The position numbers and the translations under genes were made by a program. Below the pieces are notes generated by a model, which was not told the origin of the DNA, searched no databases, and saw nothing but the letters and a program-made list of their open reading frames with translations. A DNA stretch of 63,589 nt, taken from NCBI RefSeq assembly GCF_001194135.2, contig NC_069007.1, forward strand, positions 22,013,094 through 22,076,682, written 5' to 3'. Origin of the DNA: Octopus bimaculoides (taxonomy: Eukaryota). This document shows, piece by piece, positions 1 to 12,828 of the stretch. Numbering within the stretch: the first letter of the stretch is position 1; the number at the start of each line of letters is the position of its first letter.

Positions 1-942
1 ATCAAAAGTGTCAGTGATGTTTGTGATGTTTGTGAAACTCCTCAGAGGATTCATGAAAGCCATGGCTACAGAAGCAGCTGAAATGTCACCAGGAGGCCAA
101 CAGGCAAGAAATGAAATTTCTAGACATCTTTCAAAACTTTGCTCACAGTTTTGAAAGATGTGAAGAATAAATATTTATTTGACACTTTTGATTTGTTTTA
201 CATTATTTTACATTGTTTTTATATCAACTCTTTCCATGCTGGTATGGGTTGTGGGAGACTTGTTGAGATAGTTTTATTCTACAGGTGGGTAGTTAAGGTG
301 TTCAGCTCACAATCGTAATGTCACGAGTCCATACATACACACACACACACACATACATACACAATATGTACAAACATACATACACACACATACACACACA
401 CATACACATACACACACACACATACATATATCCACATACATACATATATACACACACATACATATATACACACACATACATACACACGCATACATACATG
501 TATACAGATACTCACATGCACAGACACATGTATGCATGCACACACAGACACCCAGAGAACCGCACTCATACACAGTGACACAGAATACGAATACTTTGTA
601 TTTCAAGTGCATTAGTGTCTTCCATATTTTCAGTAGCAAAACACGAGTGGCCGGGGCAGAACCTAACCTCAGCCTTTCCTGAAATAACTGACTTAAATTT
701 AAAATTTGTTGAACATGTCTGAACATAAATGAAATTGTTTATCTGATGGTTACTTACACTTCCATGGAGGTGTTGTTTTGTTGACACAGCTGATATAAAT
801 TAATTAGGAATAATTAAAAAACTAGATATTACTTTTCTCAAGTTCATTTTGCTAAATGTTTCTCACAATTAGAGAAAACATTATTTAGAGATTATGTTTT
901 ACAAGTTAGGAGTTAACTGCTATTTTTACTCCATAATGCTCC

Positions 943-974
<32 letters not shown>

Positions 975-2161
975 GTTATTATTATTATTGTTATTATTAT
1001 CATTATTATTATCATTATTGTTATTAATCACGGGACTAGATAATTTGCAATGAAGTTTGCTGATTTCAGGCACATCTCTGTCTCTACTCACAAAAGATAT
1101 CTGTGTGTTTGCAGGTGACAGGTTGACAGGTGACAGGTTGACAGACATTTACTGTGACAAGACAATACGTTACAAAGTCTGCAGTTTCAAGTGTATATGC
1201 GCATGTGCGTGTGTGTGTGTGTGTGTGGTGTTCGCGGTTATCATTATCATTATTATCGTCGTCATCGTCATCGTGTCATCATTAACATCATCATCATTAT
1301 CAATGTCATGATCATCACCATCATATCATTGGTGTCATCATAATCATCATCATCACCATCACCCTCATCATCATCATCATCATCATCAGCCCTATTGTCT
1401 GTCATCCTTTGTCGCTGTCATCATTGTCGTTCTAACATCCTCTTTTCCATACTTGCATGTGTTGGATGGAGTTTACTGAGGCACATTCATCAACGGCTTG
1501 ATGCTCTTCCTGTTGCTAACCCTCACCTGCTTCCAGGCAAGGTGATATTTCCCCATAGCCAGGCAATGTTCTCTACGGAAGACTGGAAATGAACGACATT
1601 GTTTGTTTGATCGTAAAATGCATGGCAGATATAATCAGAGCAATGAGAGTTCACCGAAGCCAGCCGTGGGAAAATACGGAGGGAATGGAGGGGGGGGGGG
1701 TGAATAATACTGGAAATGACGGATTCTCCCGTCATAATATAGTTACTGCTGACTTTTCATTCTGTTCTCTCTAATGCAATTTACTCCAAATGTGCAATCG
1801 TATGAATGACCCAATATTAAAGACTTGACCATGTGGAAGGGTGTGTGACCAATATCAAATTTCAATACAGTCTTTGTAAAGTAGTTGACCTGAAGACAAT
1901 GCAAATGCTTTTGAGGGTGATGACCCAATTACAAACACAAATGTTTTATGACTGTCCTTTCCTGAATTTCAGCCATTCTCTGTCCCCTTTTTCAATTGCA
2001 TGCCTTCCCTCCTCTCATCTTTCTATTTCTTCTTCTCTTCCTTTCTTTCCTTCTCTTCCTCTTCTCTCTTTATCTCTCTTCCACTTACCTTATTCTTACT
2101 GCCTCTCTTTTCTCCCCCCCCCCATCATGCCTGTATCATTCTTTCCCTGTGCTGCTTGCTT

Positions 2162-2330
2162 ATAACCAGAAATGGCTATGACCAATGTAGCATTAATTCT
2201 CTGGGTCATTCAGTTTTTCTCAACCAATCAATAACAAACCTATAACGACTACAGGAAACAGCTGTAAGTCAAATTTACTGTAATATACAAATATGTAATG
2301 ACCAATATCTATGCCTTGTCTTATATATAT
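2162..2330 (+). repeat. Dispersed repeat; second copy ~60096-60280 in CerS intron 8
   Basis: taaccagaaatggct...tttttctcaac...ggaaacagc(t/c)gtaag(t/c)caaatttact...ccttgtcttatatat in both copies. Confidence 0.8.
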
Positions 2331-2491
2331 ATATATATNNNNNNNNNNNNNNNNNNNNNNNNNNNNNNNNNNNNNNNNNNNNNNNNNNNNNNNNNNNNNN
2401 NNNNNNNNNNNNNNNNNNNNNNNNNNNNNNNNNNNNNNNNNNNNNNNNNNNNNNNNNNNNNNNNNNNNNNNNNNNNNNNNNNNNNNNNNNN

Positions 2492-2792
2492 AGGGCATGT
2501 TTGAGGAGGACACCAACTGCTCTGCTTGGAACGCAAGGCTGAGCTTGTGGCCAAGATCAAGGAGGTTTTTGAAGATCCTCCCAGTAACACAGTGAGGACC
2601 ACATGCGCCAGGTTCCGGAACCATTTTGAGGCTATGGTGGAAGTGGAGGGTGGTACTTTGAGTGAACCATTATCTTCCAGCCATAATCTAGTTGACGATT
2701 TTTGAGTCTTTAAAATATTTTAATTTTTGGATGGGATATTGTGGGGTTTTTTTTCTTTTAGGTAAACTGTCAAGTTTATCCCCAACACCCTG
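2492..2792 (+). mobile_element. Tc1/mariner (maT-like) transposon 3' remnant with right TIR
   Basis: Frameshifted transposase C-terminus GMFEEDTN.../KAELVAKIKEVFEDPPSNTVRTTCARFRNHFEAMVEVEGG; ends ...caacaccctg followed by TA. The left part is lost in the N-gap 2339-2491. Confidence 0.8.
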
Positions 2793-5601
2793 TATAGTTC
2801 ATGCATGTGAGTGTGTGTGTGTGCGTGTGTGATGATGATGAGCCAACAACAACCACAACCAGAACAACAACATCATAATTTCTTCCTCAGGTTACAGTCC
2901 TCCATGTGAGTACCAGAAAATTACTGAAGTTTGCTCTCCACCCCCACATTTCTGTTATCTTCAATACACAACAGATACATACACATATATGTATGTGTGT
3001 ATGTATGTGTGTATGTGTGTATGTACCTGTGTGTGTGTATATGTATATATATACTGAAACAATACCAGTTACAAAGTACATACTACATTTAAATACAATT
3101 CACAATGATCCACATTGTCGTTATGGTTACAGTTTTTTTGGTTATATATCCTACTTCATAATTAACATCCCACCCCCACACACCTACTCTGAGATGATAA
3201 TGTTTTAATTAATGTTGTTGTTGTTGTTGTTGCTGAGGTGGTGGTGGGTTTTATTTTTATTGATTTTTTCCCCCCTTTCTTTCCCCGGCCATCATTTTGT
3301 GTTGTTTTATTATTTGTTGCTGGACGGCAATGATGCTGTGGTTGTTTAACCCTAGGTCAGTCCTGATTGAGTACATCAATGATCAAACGCATTTTGATTA
3401 TGTCCAGGCACAAGAATTTGCTAGAAAATTTTCTTTTCTTATTTTGGCACAAGGCCAGCAATTTTGAAGCGTGATGGACAGACCAAGAATGGGATGGGAA
3501 ACATTTAGGGAGCAACCACCTCCTCCACTGATACCAGCATTCTCTCTCAAAGTGAACTGAACATTGTATAATGGTGGTCTTTGAAGTGTGATGTTGTACC
3601 TCTTTCATTGTGAGTTCAAATCCTTCCTTGGCCCCTCAATGGCCCATGATATATTTTTTCATGAACAATATCAATGAGGCTGATTTACTTGGAAAACAGA
3701 CTAAATTGACCTTGAAATTACACAGTTATGTCAGTTATTATAATGACAATGTTAATGTCATCACCATGTCAATTAATTTTTGACTATGCGGGGTTATTTA
3801 TTTATTTGTTTATTTATGCATTTATTTGTGCATTCATTTATTTATATTTTATAATTTTTCTCATAGAAAACTGTCTTGCTGAAAACCATGCCATGGTGGC
3901 AGTGGTGGTGGTNNNNNNNNNNNNNNNNNNNNNNNNNNNNNNNNNNNNNNNNNNNNNNNNNNNNNNNNNNNNNNNNNNNNNNNNNNNNNNNNNNNNNNNN
4001 NNNNNNNNNNNNNNNNNNNNNNNNNNNNNNNNNNNNNNNNNNNNNNNNNNNNNNNNNNNNNNNNNNNNNNNNNNNNNNNNNNNNNNNNNNNNNNNNNNNN
4101 NNNNNNNNNGAAATGCTCTTTCTCATGTCACTTAGTGTATGTATTAATGTGTGTATGTGTTAGTGCATACATGTGTGTGTATGTGTGTATGTGTGTCTGT
4201 GTATCAATTAGCGTATAATTGTAAGTCTGTGTATGTGTGCATGTGTTAGTGTGTGAATATTTGTGTGTGTATGTGCATATTAAAGTTTGCACATCAGAGT
4301 GAATGTAGGCATATATATAGAGAGCTGAGTGTGTGTGTGTGTGTGTGTGTGTGTGCATATGTGTGTATGTGTACATACGTGTGTATGTATATATGAGTGT
4401 GTGTGTATATATATCAGTGTATCTGTGTATACATGTGGATATGAGTAGGTACGTGTACATGTCTGTATGTATGTGTGTGTGTGTGTACATGTATGTATAT
4501 GTGCATGGGTGTAGGTGTGTACTTGTGTATGCGTATGCATGTGTGTGTTTGTTGATGGGAGTGGCACACCTTTCCTCACAAATATCAATATAAACCTTCA
4601 ATTTATTATTTTCTCATAAAATTTTCGTTTCTACCTGGCTTACCTCAACTGTCACAGGTGCTACTGCTGGCTCTCTGTTGGTTATGATGATAAGGGTTCC
4701 AGATGACCCAATCAACAGAACAGCCTCCTTGTGAAATTAACATGCAGGTAGCTGAGTACACCAACCACCNNNNNNNNNNNNNNNNNNNNNNNNNNNNNNN
4801 NNNNNNNNNNNNNNNNNNNNNNNNNNNNNNNNNNNNNNNNNNNNNNNNNNNNNNNNNNNNNNNNNNNNNNNNNNNNNNNNNNNNNNNNNNNNNNNNNNNN
4901 NNNNNNNNNNNNNNNNNNNNNNNNGGTTTTTGCAGCTGGATGCCCTTCCAAATGCCAACCACCTTACAGTGAGGACTGGATGCTTTTTATGTGGCACCTG
5001 CACTGGTAGGGTCACCAAGTAACTTTGCAAGACAAGGAATCTTTGAGAAGGGAGGGGGCATTAGAGGAAGGGATCTTGTGTCAGGTGATGAAAGGTTAGA
5101 GTGAGAGAGTGAGACAGAAACAGGTGTCTTGCTGTAGAGGAGGTACATGGTTACCCGGCCAGAGAGAGGGGAGAGAGAAGAGAGGGAGAGTAAGAATGAG
5201 AGCAGAAACAGGTGTGTGGCTAAAGAGGAGGGACATGGTTACCTAGAGAGAAGGGGAGAGTTAACAAGAAAGAGGTGTGCTGCTGTAAAGGAGATAAATG
5301 GTTACCTATCCAGAGGTTTGAGCAAGAGAAGGAGGAAGAGAGAGTGATCAAGAATGAGGGCAGAAACAGGTTTGTTGCTAGCCATAAATTCAGTTTTCCT
5401 AAAGGGATTTAGGGATACTTTTGCAGGAAACACAAGCCAACGAAGGTGTTCCTCCAAGCTCGTTCTACCCGCAAGAAACAGCAGCCAAATCGTCATGACG
5501 CAACAATCCTCAATCGTAAAAAGAATGACCACTTTACATAACGTATGCAGAATGCTTGAAAGGAAAATACCTGAGATAACTACATTAGTTAACGCGGTCG
5601 T

Positions 5602-6200
5602 AGATATCTCCAGAAAGGCGAGAGTGTCACGGCTGGAACACCTTACGCTATATGACTGTTTGTCCCGCAGGGTCCGGGGGCTAGAACAACAAGAACCTCC
5701 ACCACCGCCGCTGCCGTCCCATGCATTTATGATCCCTAGTCACATCTCCGTTCCCGATTAAACTCGGAGCCACTGTGCAGCCGTTAGAACCCCTAGAAAT
5801 AGCAGTCAAAACCCCTTTAAATCATAACTACTTTCTTAAAAGAAAAGTGGAAATTTGATAGTGAATTCCTAGACATACTTATGTCATGAAAAGGCCCAGA
5901 TATCTCCAGAAAGGCTAGAGTGTCACGGCTGGAACACCTTAAATTATGTGGTTGTTCGTCCTGCCGTGTCCTGGGGCTAAAACAACACGAACCACCACCA
6001 CCACCACCACCACCACCACCACCTCTGCCGTTACTTTCATTTACGCTCTCCAGTCGCATCTCCATTCACGAGTAAACTTGGAGCCACTGTGCATCCGTTA
6101 GAACCGCTAGAAATAGCAGTCAAAATTCCTCTAAATCATTACTTTCTTAAAAGAGAAAGGACAAATTTAATAGTGAATCCCTAGATATACGTATGTCAGG
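5602..6200 (+). repeat. ~296-bp direct tandem duplication of a dispersed element (ctagaaatagcag...ggtcacggctggaa family)
   Basis: agatatctccagaaagg starts at 5602 and 5898. Both copies run ...gtcacggctggaacacctta...ggagccactgtgca...ctagaaatagcagtcaaaa...tttcttaaaaga. Related pieces lie at ~9000, 9700, 26650, 46370. Confidence 0.85.
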
Positions 6201-7856
6201 AAAACCAGCCGGGTTGGTCACGGCTGGAATGCCGTTGATCATTGGTGAGCTCGATCCGGGTTGACCTTTGGACTACAGAGTACATCAGTCACCACCCTAC
6301 TGTCTTCATTACAGAAAAGGAAGGAGATATTTGAGAATGTAATCTAGGATGATAAGCTGTGTGAAGACAAAAGAGGTGTGCTTATGAGTGCAACGCATTT
6401 GATCGTAGTTTTGCGCCACTGGAACTGATCTGTGATTTAAACAACGCAGACGATGATAACCATTTCAATCCGTCAGTCGTACCACGAATCGAATAATGAA
6501 TGAATGATTAAAAATATATTGATTTCTTCTTTTTTTTTTCCCTAAAAATCTCATTTTCTCACTTTTCTCACTTTTCCGTTGATTAGATTTTATATTGTTA
6601 ATTTCTAGGTCAAAATTCTCATCGATTCCTGCTCCCTCCTGTCTCTCTCACCTTCCCTCTCTCTTTCTCTCTCCCTCATTCTGTTATAGGTACAGGTGTG
6701 GCTGTGTAGTTAAGAAGCTTGCTTCCCAACCATGTGAACTTGGGTTCAGTTGCACCGCTTGGCGTCCTTAGGGAAGAATCTTTCTTCTATGGCCCCGGCT
6801 CGACCAAGGCCCTGCGAGCGAATTTAGGAGACGGAAACTGAAAGAAGCCCATCGATATATATATATACACACACACACATACATTTATACAGATTGAAAA
6901 AAAAATTGCTTGCACACACACATACATACACATGCACACACGTTACAAAATGAAACTTGAAATTGCGATGAAAATATCAGTATGTGTGCGTGCCCAGCAA
7001 TCTTATTTTCATATTAATTCTGATATAATTGTAATCTACACCGTCTCAAAGGCATTTGTAGAAAGTTTCATTAAAAAATACCCATTTCTCAAAAAGTTAT
7101 GAGGAAACAAACCGACTTTTGAGAATTTTCAGAAACTCCCCTTCTCTCCCCCAGAAAATTCTTTTCACAACAATTTTCAATATAACCAGTAATCTATACC
7201 ATCTGAAATGTACTTGGAGAAAATTTCACTTAAGAATATCCATTTTTCAGACAGTTATGACTCAAAGTTGGGAGGTGGGGCGAACATTTGTGTAGGTATA
7301 CCCCATTATTTTAGGGCTACATTATTTAATATGCCGTTTCCATTACTAAGTCGATAGTGCGCAATTTGAGGGAACTCTAGCTGCTGTTTCGAGCGACTAC
7401 ACAGAGACATCTCGCTTGTTGGTTGGCTTATCGCATTTCTGGTGTTGTAGTTTAGCCAAGATCTGTCCTGATCCAACAGACCTACGATCAGCAATGACTA
7501 TCCCGTCTAATCTTCGTGTCATTTCCATTAACAACGGTGTGATACAGAGATTTGACTGTTATTTCTGGCAAGTGCTGCGATCAGGGAGAGGCCCCTTCGT
7601 TGACAGACAGAAAGGTAGAACAATATGTGAAGCAGTGTGGAAAGCTTAAATGTTCCGGACAAACTCTTTAAAAGTGTGTTAGGTGGAGTTTGTTCAGAAC
7701 AACTTTCTTCCTGATAATTAAAAAAAAAAAAATGCTGACCGCCAAAATTTCTCGTCACAGATATACAAAAATCTATCGACAACAAATGGTCGTTTAGAAT
7801 TGCTAGAAATTGCAACTACACTCCAGTTTTTTAAAAAATTACATGGAATAATGTAG

Positions 7857-7915
<59 letters not shown>

Positions 7916-9856
7916 GGGGATTTAAATTCATAGATGTCCTTCCTTCAGACATATCTGCTAAACTAGTCACGCGTAACATGCCGCCTGCCGGGACGTTCTG
8001 AATGGCACGACGCCTAACCGTAAATTACCTCCAGGGTCTGTTTTTTTGAGTAGTGCGGCTCAGGCAACCCGTTTCTCGGAAAAGGTTACCCGTGCCTGAG
8101 CTAAACAATATAAACTACTCATATAGGCGCAGGCTGTGTGGTAAGACCTTTTCTTGGGCCCGACCAAAGTCTTGTCAGTGGATTTGGTAGACCGAAACTG
8201 GGTGTGACTTGACAGGGAATTAGCTGCTATTTCTAGCTCGGCGATCGATATACCACGCAGGAGCTTCCATTTCGACATGTATATGAATCTTATATTCTAA
8301 CTATCTTCGGGCAGTGGATAGCGGCCATGCTGGAGCTCTTCAAGGCTTTCAGTCAAATCGACACAGTACTTTTTTTTTTGAAGTCTGCTGTGTAGTGTAT
8401 GGGTCACTTTTGGCAAACTGCTAAGTTACGGGGACTTAAACAAACCAACACCGGTTGTCTAGCGATCGTAGTGGGGTGATAAACATATAGACACACATAC
8501 ATATATATGTATGTATATATATATACACACACACATATGGATGTATGTACATTTATATATATGCACACAGATATATATATATATATATATACATACACAT
8601 GTATGTATGTAAATTTATATATATNNNNNNNNNNNNNNNNNNNNNNNNNNNNNNNNNNNNNNNNNNNNNNNNNNNNNNNNNNNNNNNNNNNNNNNNNNNN
8701 NNNNNNNNNNNNNNNNNNNNNNNNNNNNNNNNNNNNNNNNNNNNNNNNNNNGGTTCTTTTAGTTTCCGCCTTCCAATCCACTCACAAGGTTTGGTCAACC
8801 CATGGCTATAGTAGAAACATTTATTCCAGATGTGACACACTGTAGGACTGAACTCAGGACCATGTGATTGGGAGGTAAACGTCTTACCAAACAGGCATGG
8901 AATTTCAAAACGTTATGAATTAAAGCTACACGCCACCTCCACTACCACCAGAAACATCAACGAACCAACGAACGAGTCACTCTAAGTGGTCACTCAACAA
9001 GCTAGAAATAGCAGCTGAATCTACTTGACTCAGACCCAAATGTCTTAAACGCGGATGAGTACACAGAACAATATTAAGTCCCATGACGAGAAGACAACTG
9101 GAATGTCTTCCATTACATGTCTGCTCATCACCATAAAAACATTACATGTGAAAGCCGATATGAGAGAAGGTATTTTCTCATCTCCTCTCTCTCGCTCTCT
9201 CTCTCTTTCTTTGATGATTTTTCCCGGCTGCCTTGTCTTTTTATGGAGATGGCAGAGTGGTTAGATCGTCGGGGAATGCCCTAAGGTACTTGTTCCGGCT
9301 CTTTACGTTCAAATCCCTCTAACATCAACCTTGCCTTTCATCTTTTCGGAGTTAATAAGATAAAGTACCAGTAAAGTCCTGGAATCGTTGAAACGACCAA
9401 AACTTCGACCATTGTCTTTTTTCTCTCATTTTCTCTTCTATTTTTTCTACTTATCGTTTTTATCACTCCCTCTTGTCAAATGACTGCTTTCTTTCTTTCT
9501 CTCACATACTTTTCTCTCTTTCTTCCAAAATCTTTTCGTTCTCACACTTCCTTCCTCGTGTCTTCATTTGTAGCTAGATGTACTATCTGTCAAAAAGATA
9601 AAGATGGGGGTGGTCACAGTTTTTCAACATCTTTGATGTTTGGGCTTGTTCCATCAACATATGGCTTGAGAATAAATAAAAACACAGAAAGCAGAAAAGC
9701 CTCATTCTAGATATACTGGTGTTTGAATAAAAGACGGCACGGTCACGTTTGGAATGTCTTTGATCACAGATTTGGTGGATCGCGATTAACCAAAGAGGCT
9801 AAACAAGAACTTTCCTAGTGAGAAAGTTAAGGACAAAGAGGGGGAGAGATATACAC

Positions 9857-9906
<50 letters not shown>

Positions 9907-10190
9907 GGAGAGAGAGAGAAAGAAAGAAGTAGTGTGAGAAACAGATGTGATAGAGGGAGGGGAAAGTGGTTGACAAGAAGAAGAGATATGAAGAGACAGG
10001 TAAGATATAGAAAGACAGGAGACAAGAAGAGAAAACAAGGGACTAAGTGCCAGGGTTCCGGCGGCTTCTATTTCCGCTTACTGAGTGTTAGACAGCGCCG
10101 GCAATGATGGATCTCCCTTTCTCTCTCTCTCACTTTAACAAATGCATGCGTACTCCTACATGGGTGTATAAATATAGACACTCACACATA

Positions 10191-10257
<67 letters not shown>

Positions 10258-11929
10258 GCTCACATACGTGTATGTATACGTATATATATAGATACACGTG
10301 TGTGTGTGTGTATACATACACACATACATACACATATATATGAGTGGGGTATATTTACACGTACACACGTACAATACGCGGATGTACAAACTAACATAAC
10401 TTTCGAATTTGCTTTGCAAGCCGAAAATGTACTTTGCCAGAGTCATAATGCCAATAAACACACACCCTGACTGTATTTAGCCCAGTTTCAGGTACAGCAA
10501 AAACTGAAGTGAACAACAACCAGCGCGTGTTTACATTGGCAGTATCATCCTCCCAAAGATCAACTACACACACACACACACGAAGTCTTCGCAGTTCCGT
10601 CTACCAAATTTACTAACAAAACAGTTGTCAATCTGAGACCAAAGAGCTGTGTAGTAAAACTGAAAGCGGATCCACGTGATTGCAAAACAAAATTAACCGC
10701 ACAGTCATGCTTACGACGATGAGAAGAAACGTTTATTAGTAACTTATGCAATGGTACAGTCTTTCTCTCTAATGAAGTTCTCAGCAGTGCACTCTTTAGG
10801 CATGGGCTCACAGAATAATTACTCAGGGATCCTCACGGACCCTAAGGGACTAAATACTAATCTATGTATGTTGTTATTGTGTATGTAAAGGGTCCTAGTT
10901 TTCGCTTTGCCCATGGACCTATAATGCTTGCTATTAAGTCCTGGGTTTGGTGTAAGAAGACAAGGCTGTTGAGAGATCGTTCCTGTCTTGTCTACAGCTG
11001 CACAGATAAAATGTGTGGTGTAAACACTTTGTTTATTTTTCATAGCAAAACAAGAACTTCAATTTTTACGAAAGCATTCCTTAAATTACTTCGAATTATC
11101 TTCAAAGAGCACGAGACATCCAAAGGGTGTGTTCTGCTCTCTGAATTCACACATACACGCGCGTGCGGATGCAGTCATACAACGTGTGTGTGTATACATT
11201 AATACACTGTATGCCTGATCACATTCATTGTGATCTTGCCTGAAGATCGCAGTGGCGTGAAACTCGAGTCTCCAGACAAACTTAGTTTCACTTTCAATAA
11301 AAAAAAATCCGTATCTTCCACAACACGTATTGATCACTCCATTCTCATTCGTCCGACATAAGCCAATATGCGATTTAATTACACGCACACACACGTGTCT
11401 GTGGGGGTGGGGGTGTACATACATATACACGCACCTACATATATGTACACACCCATCATCATCATCATACGTATCAATTAAGAATGCAGCAGCAACAGCC
11501 ACTATGAAGTGAAATAAAAAGTAGATAGATGGATAGATAGATAGAGAGAGGGATAGGTAGATAGATAGATAGATAGATAGAGAGCGGGATTGAAAGAGGA
11601 AGAAATAGTGAAAGTGAGTGAGAGAAAAAGAAAGAAAAAAAAGAAAAGAATGCAAACGAAGAAAGTCTTAGTATGAAAGAAAAGGAAGCTAAGATGATGG
11701 GGCGCAGTGGAAGAAGAAAACAGCTTTATTATAGTTTTAGATATTTGACAGATAAAGTTGATAAAAAGGGAAAGTGTGGAGAAGATAAGAAGAGGAGAAA
11801 ATACACAAACTACAATACAAATGAAAAGCAGGACAGAGTAGAGCCATGACAAGAAAAGTAAGAGAGAATGATTGATAAATTAATGTATGAAGAGAGAGGG
11901 AGAGAGAGTGATAGATATGAGAGAGAGAC

Positions 11930-12640
11930 AGACAGACAGATAGTGATAGACAGGAGAGATAGGTAATTATAGATATCTAGAGAAAGAGAGAGAGGTAATG
12001 CGAAAGAAAGAGAATGACGGGAAGGAGAGAGGGGTAACCAGAAAGATCTAGATAGATAGAGAGATATAGGCAGTGTGCAAGAGGAGGAGAGCGAGAAACT
12101 GACAGAGTGATAGGAATGAGAGAGGGTTAACTGTAAATGGCTAGATAAATAGATATAGGTAGTGAGAGAGGGAGAGAGAGAGAAACAGGGTGACAGAATA
12201 GAGAGAGAGAAAGAGCTATGAACAACTAGATAGATAAATAAATAAAGGCAGTGTGAAAGAGGGAGAAAGCGAGCGACAGAGACAAGGAGAGAAATAGTGA
12301 TAGAAAAGAGAGAGAAGTAGCTATAACTATCTAGATAGATAGAGAGGTATATGCAATACGAGAGAGAGAGAGTAATGGAAAAGAGAGAGAAGTAGTTATA
12401 ACTATCTATCTCGACAGAGAGACATAGGCAGTGCGACAGAGAAAAAAGAGTGAGAGAGTAATAAAAAGAAGAGAGAAATAGGTATAACTCTCTAGATAGG
12501 GAGAGAGTTATAGGCAGTGCGAGAGAGACAGAGTGAGAGAAAGGACAGAGTGGTAGCTGTAAATATCTCGATAGGCAGAGATATATAGGCAGTGCGAGAG
12601 AGAGGGAGAGAGAGGCGCGCGCGTGTGTGTGCGAGAGAGG
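11930..12640. repeat. Purine-rich degenerate ~75-90-bp minisatellite directly upstream of the CerS ATG
   Basis: Anchor (at)agg(c/t)agtg at 12066, 12155, 12246, 12424, 12510, 12585, with recurring ctagataga and (GA)n. Confidence 0.7.
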
Positions 12641-12649
12641 GTGAACAAC

Positions 12650-12828
12650 ATGGACACGGATTATATTCTGCAGATTTTCTGGCATGAGAAATTCTGGTTA
12701 CCTGTCGGTACGTCGTGGACGAATCTGGAAAGTCATGAGAAGAATGTATATTACCCCAAGGCAAGGGACATGTCTTTGGCAGTGCTGGTCGCGGTCGTCT
12801 TTCTGGCTTTCCGATACTGTTACGAGAG
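12650..12828 (+). CDS. CERS6: CerS exon 1 (start codon, lumenal N-terminus, first TM helix)
   Basis: caacATGg start context; MDTDYILQIFWHEKFWLPVGTSWTNLESHEKNVYYPKARDMSLAVLVAVVFLAFRYCYE resembles the CerS N-terminal FWxxxFWLP motif; donor AG|GTAAGT at 12829, phase 2. Confidence 0.95.

Noticed and set aside
1743-1960. Possible minus-strand coding exon (VNYFTKTVLKFDIGHTPFHM...)
   Set aside because: Weak donor, no recognisable homology, and other frames are closed.
11810-12685. 291-aa minus-strand ORF rich in S/L
   Set aside because: It is the antisense reading of the GA-rich minisatellite (CT-rich strand lacks stops); low complexity with no domain.
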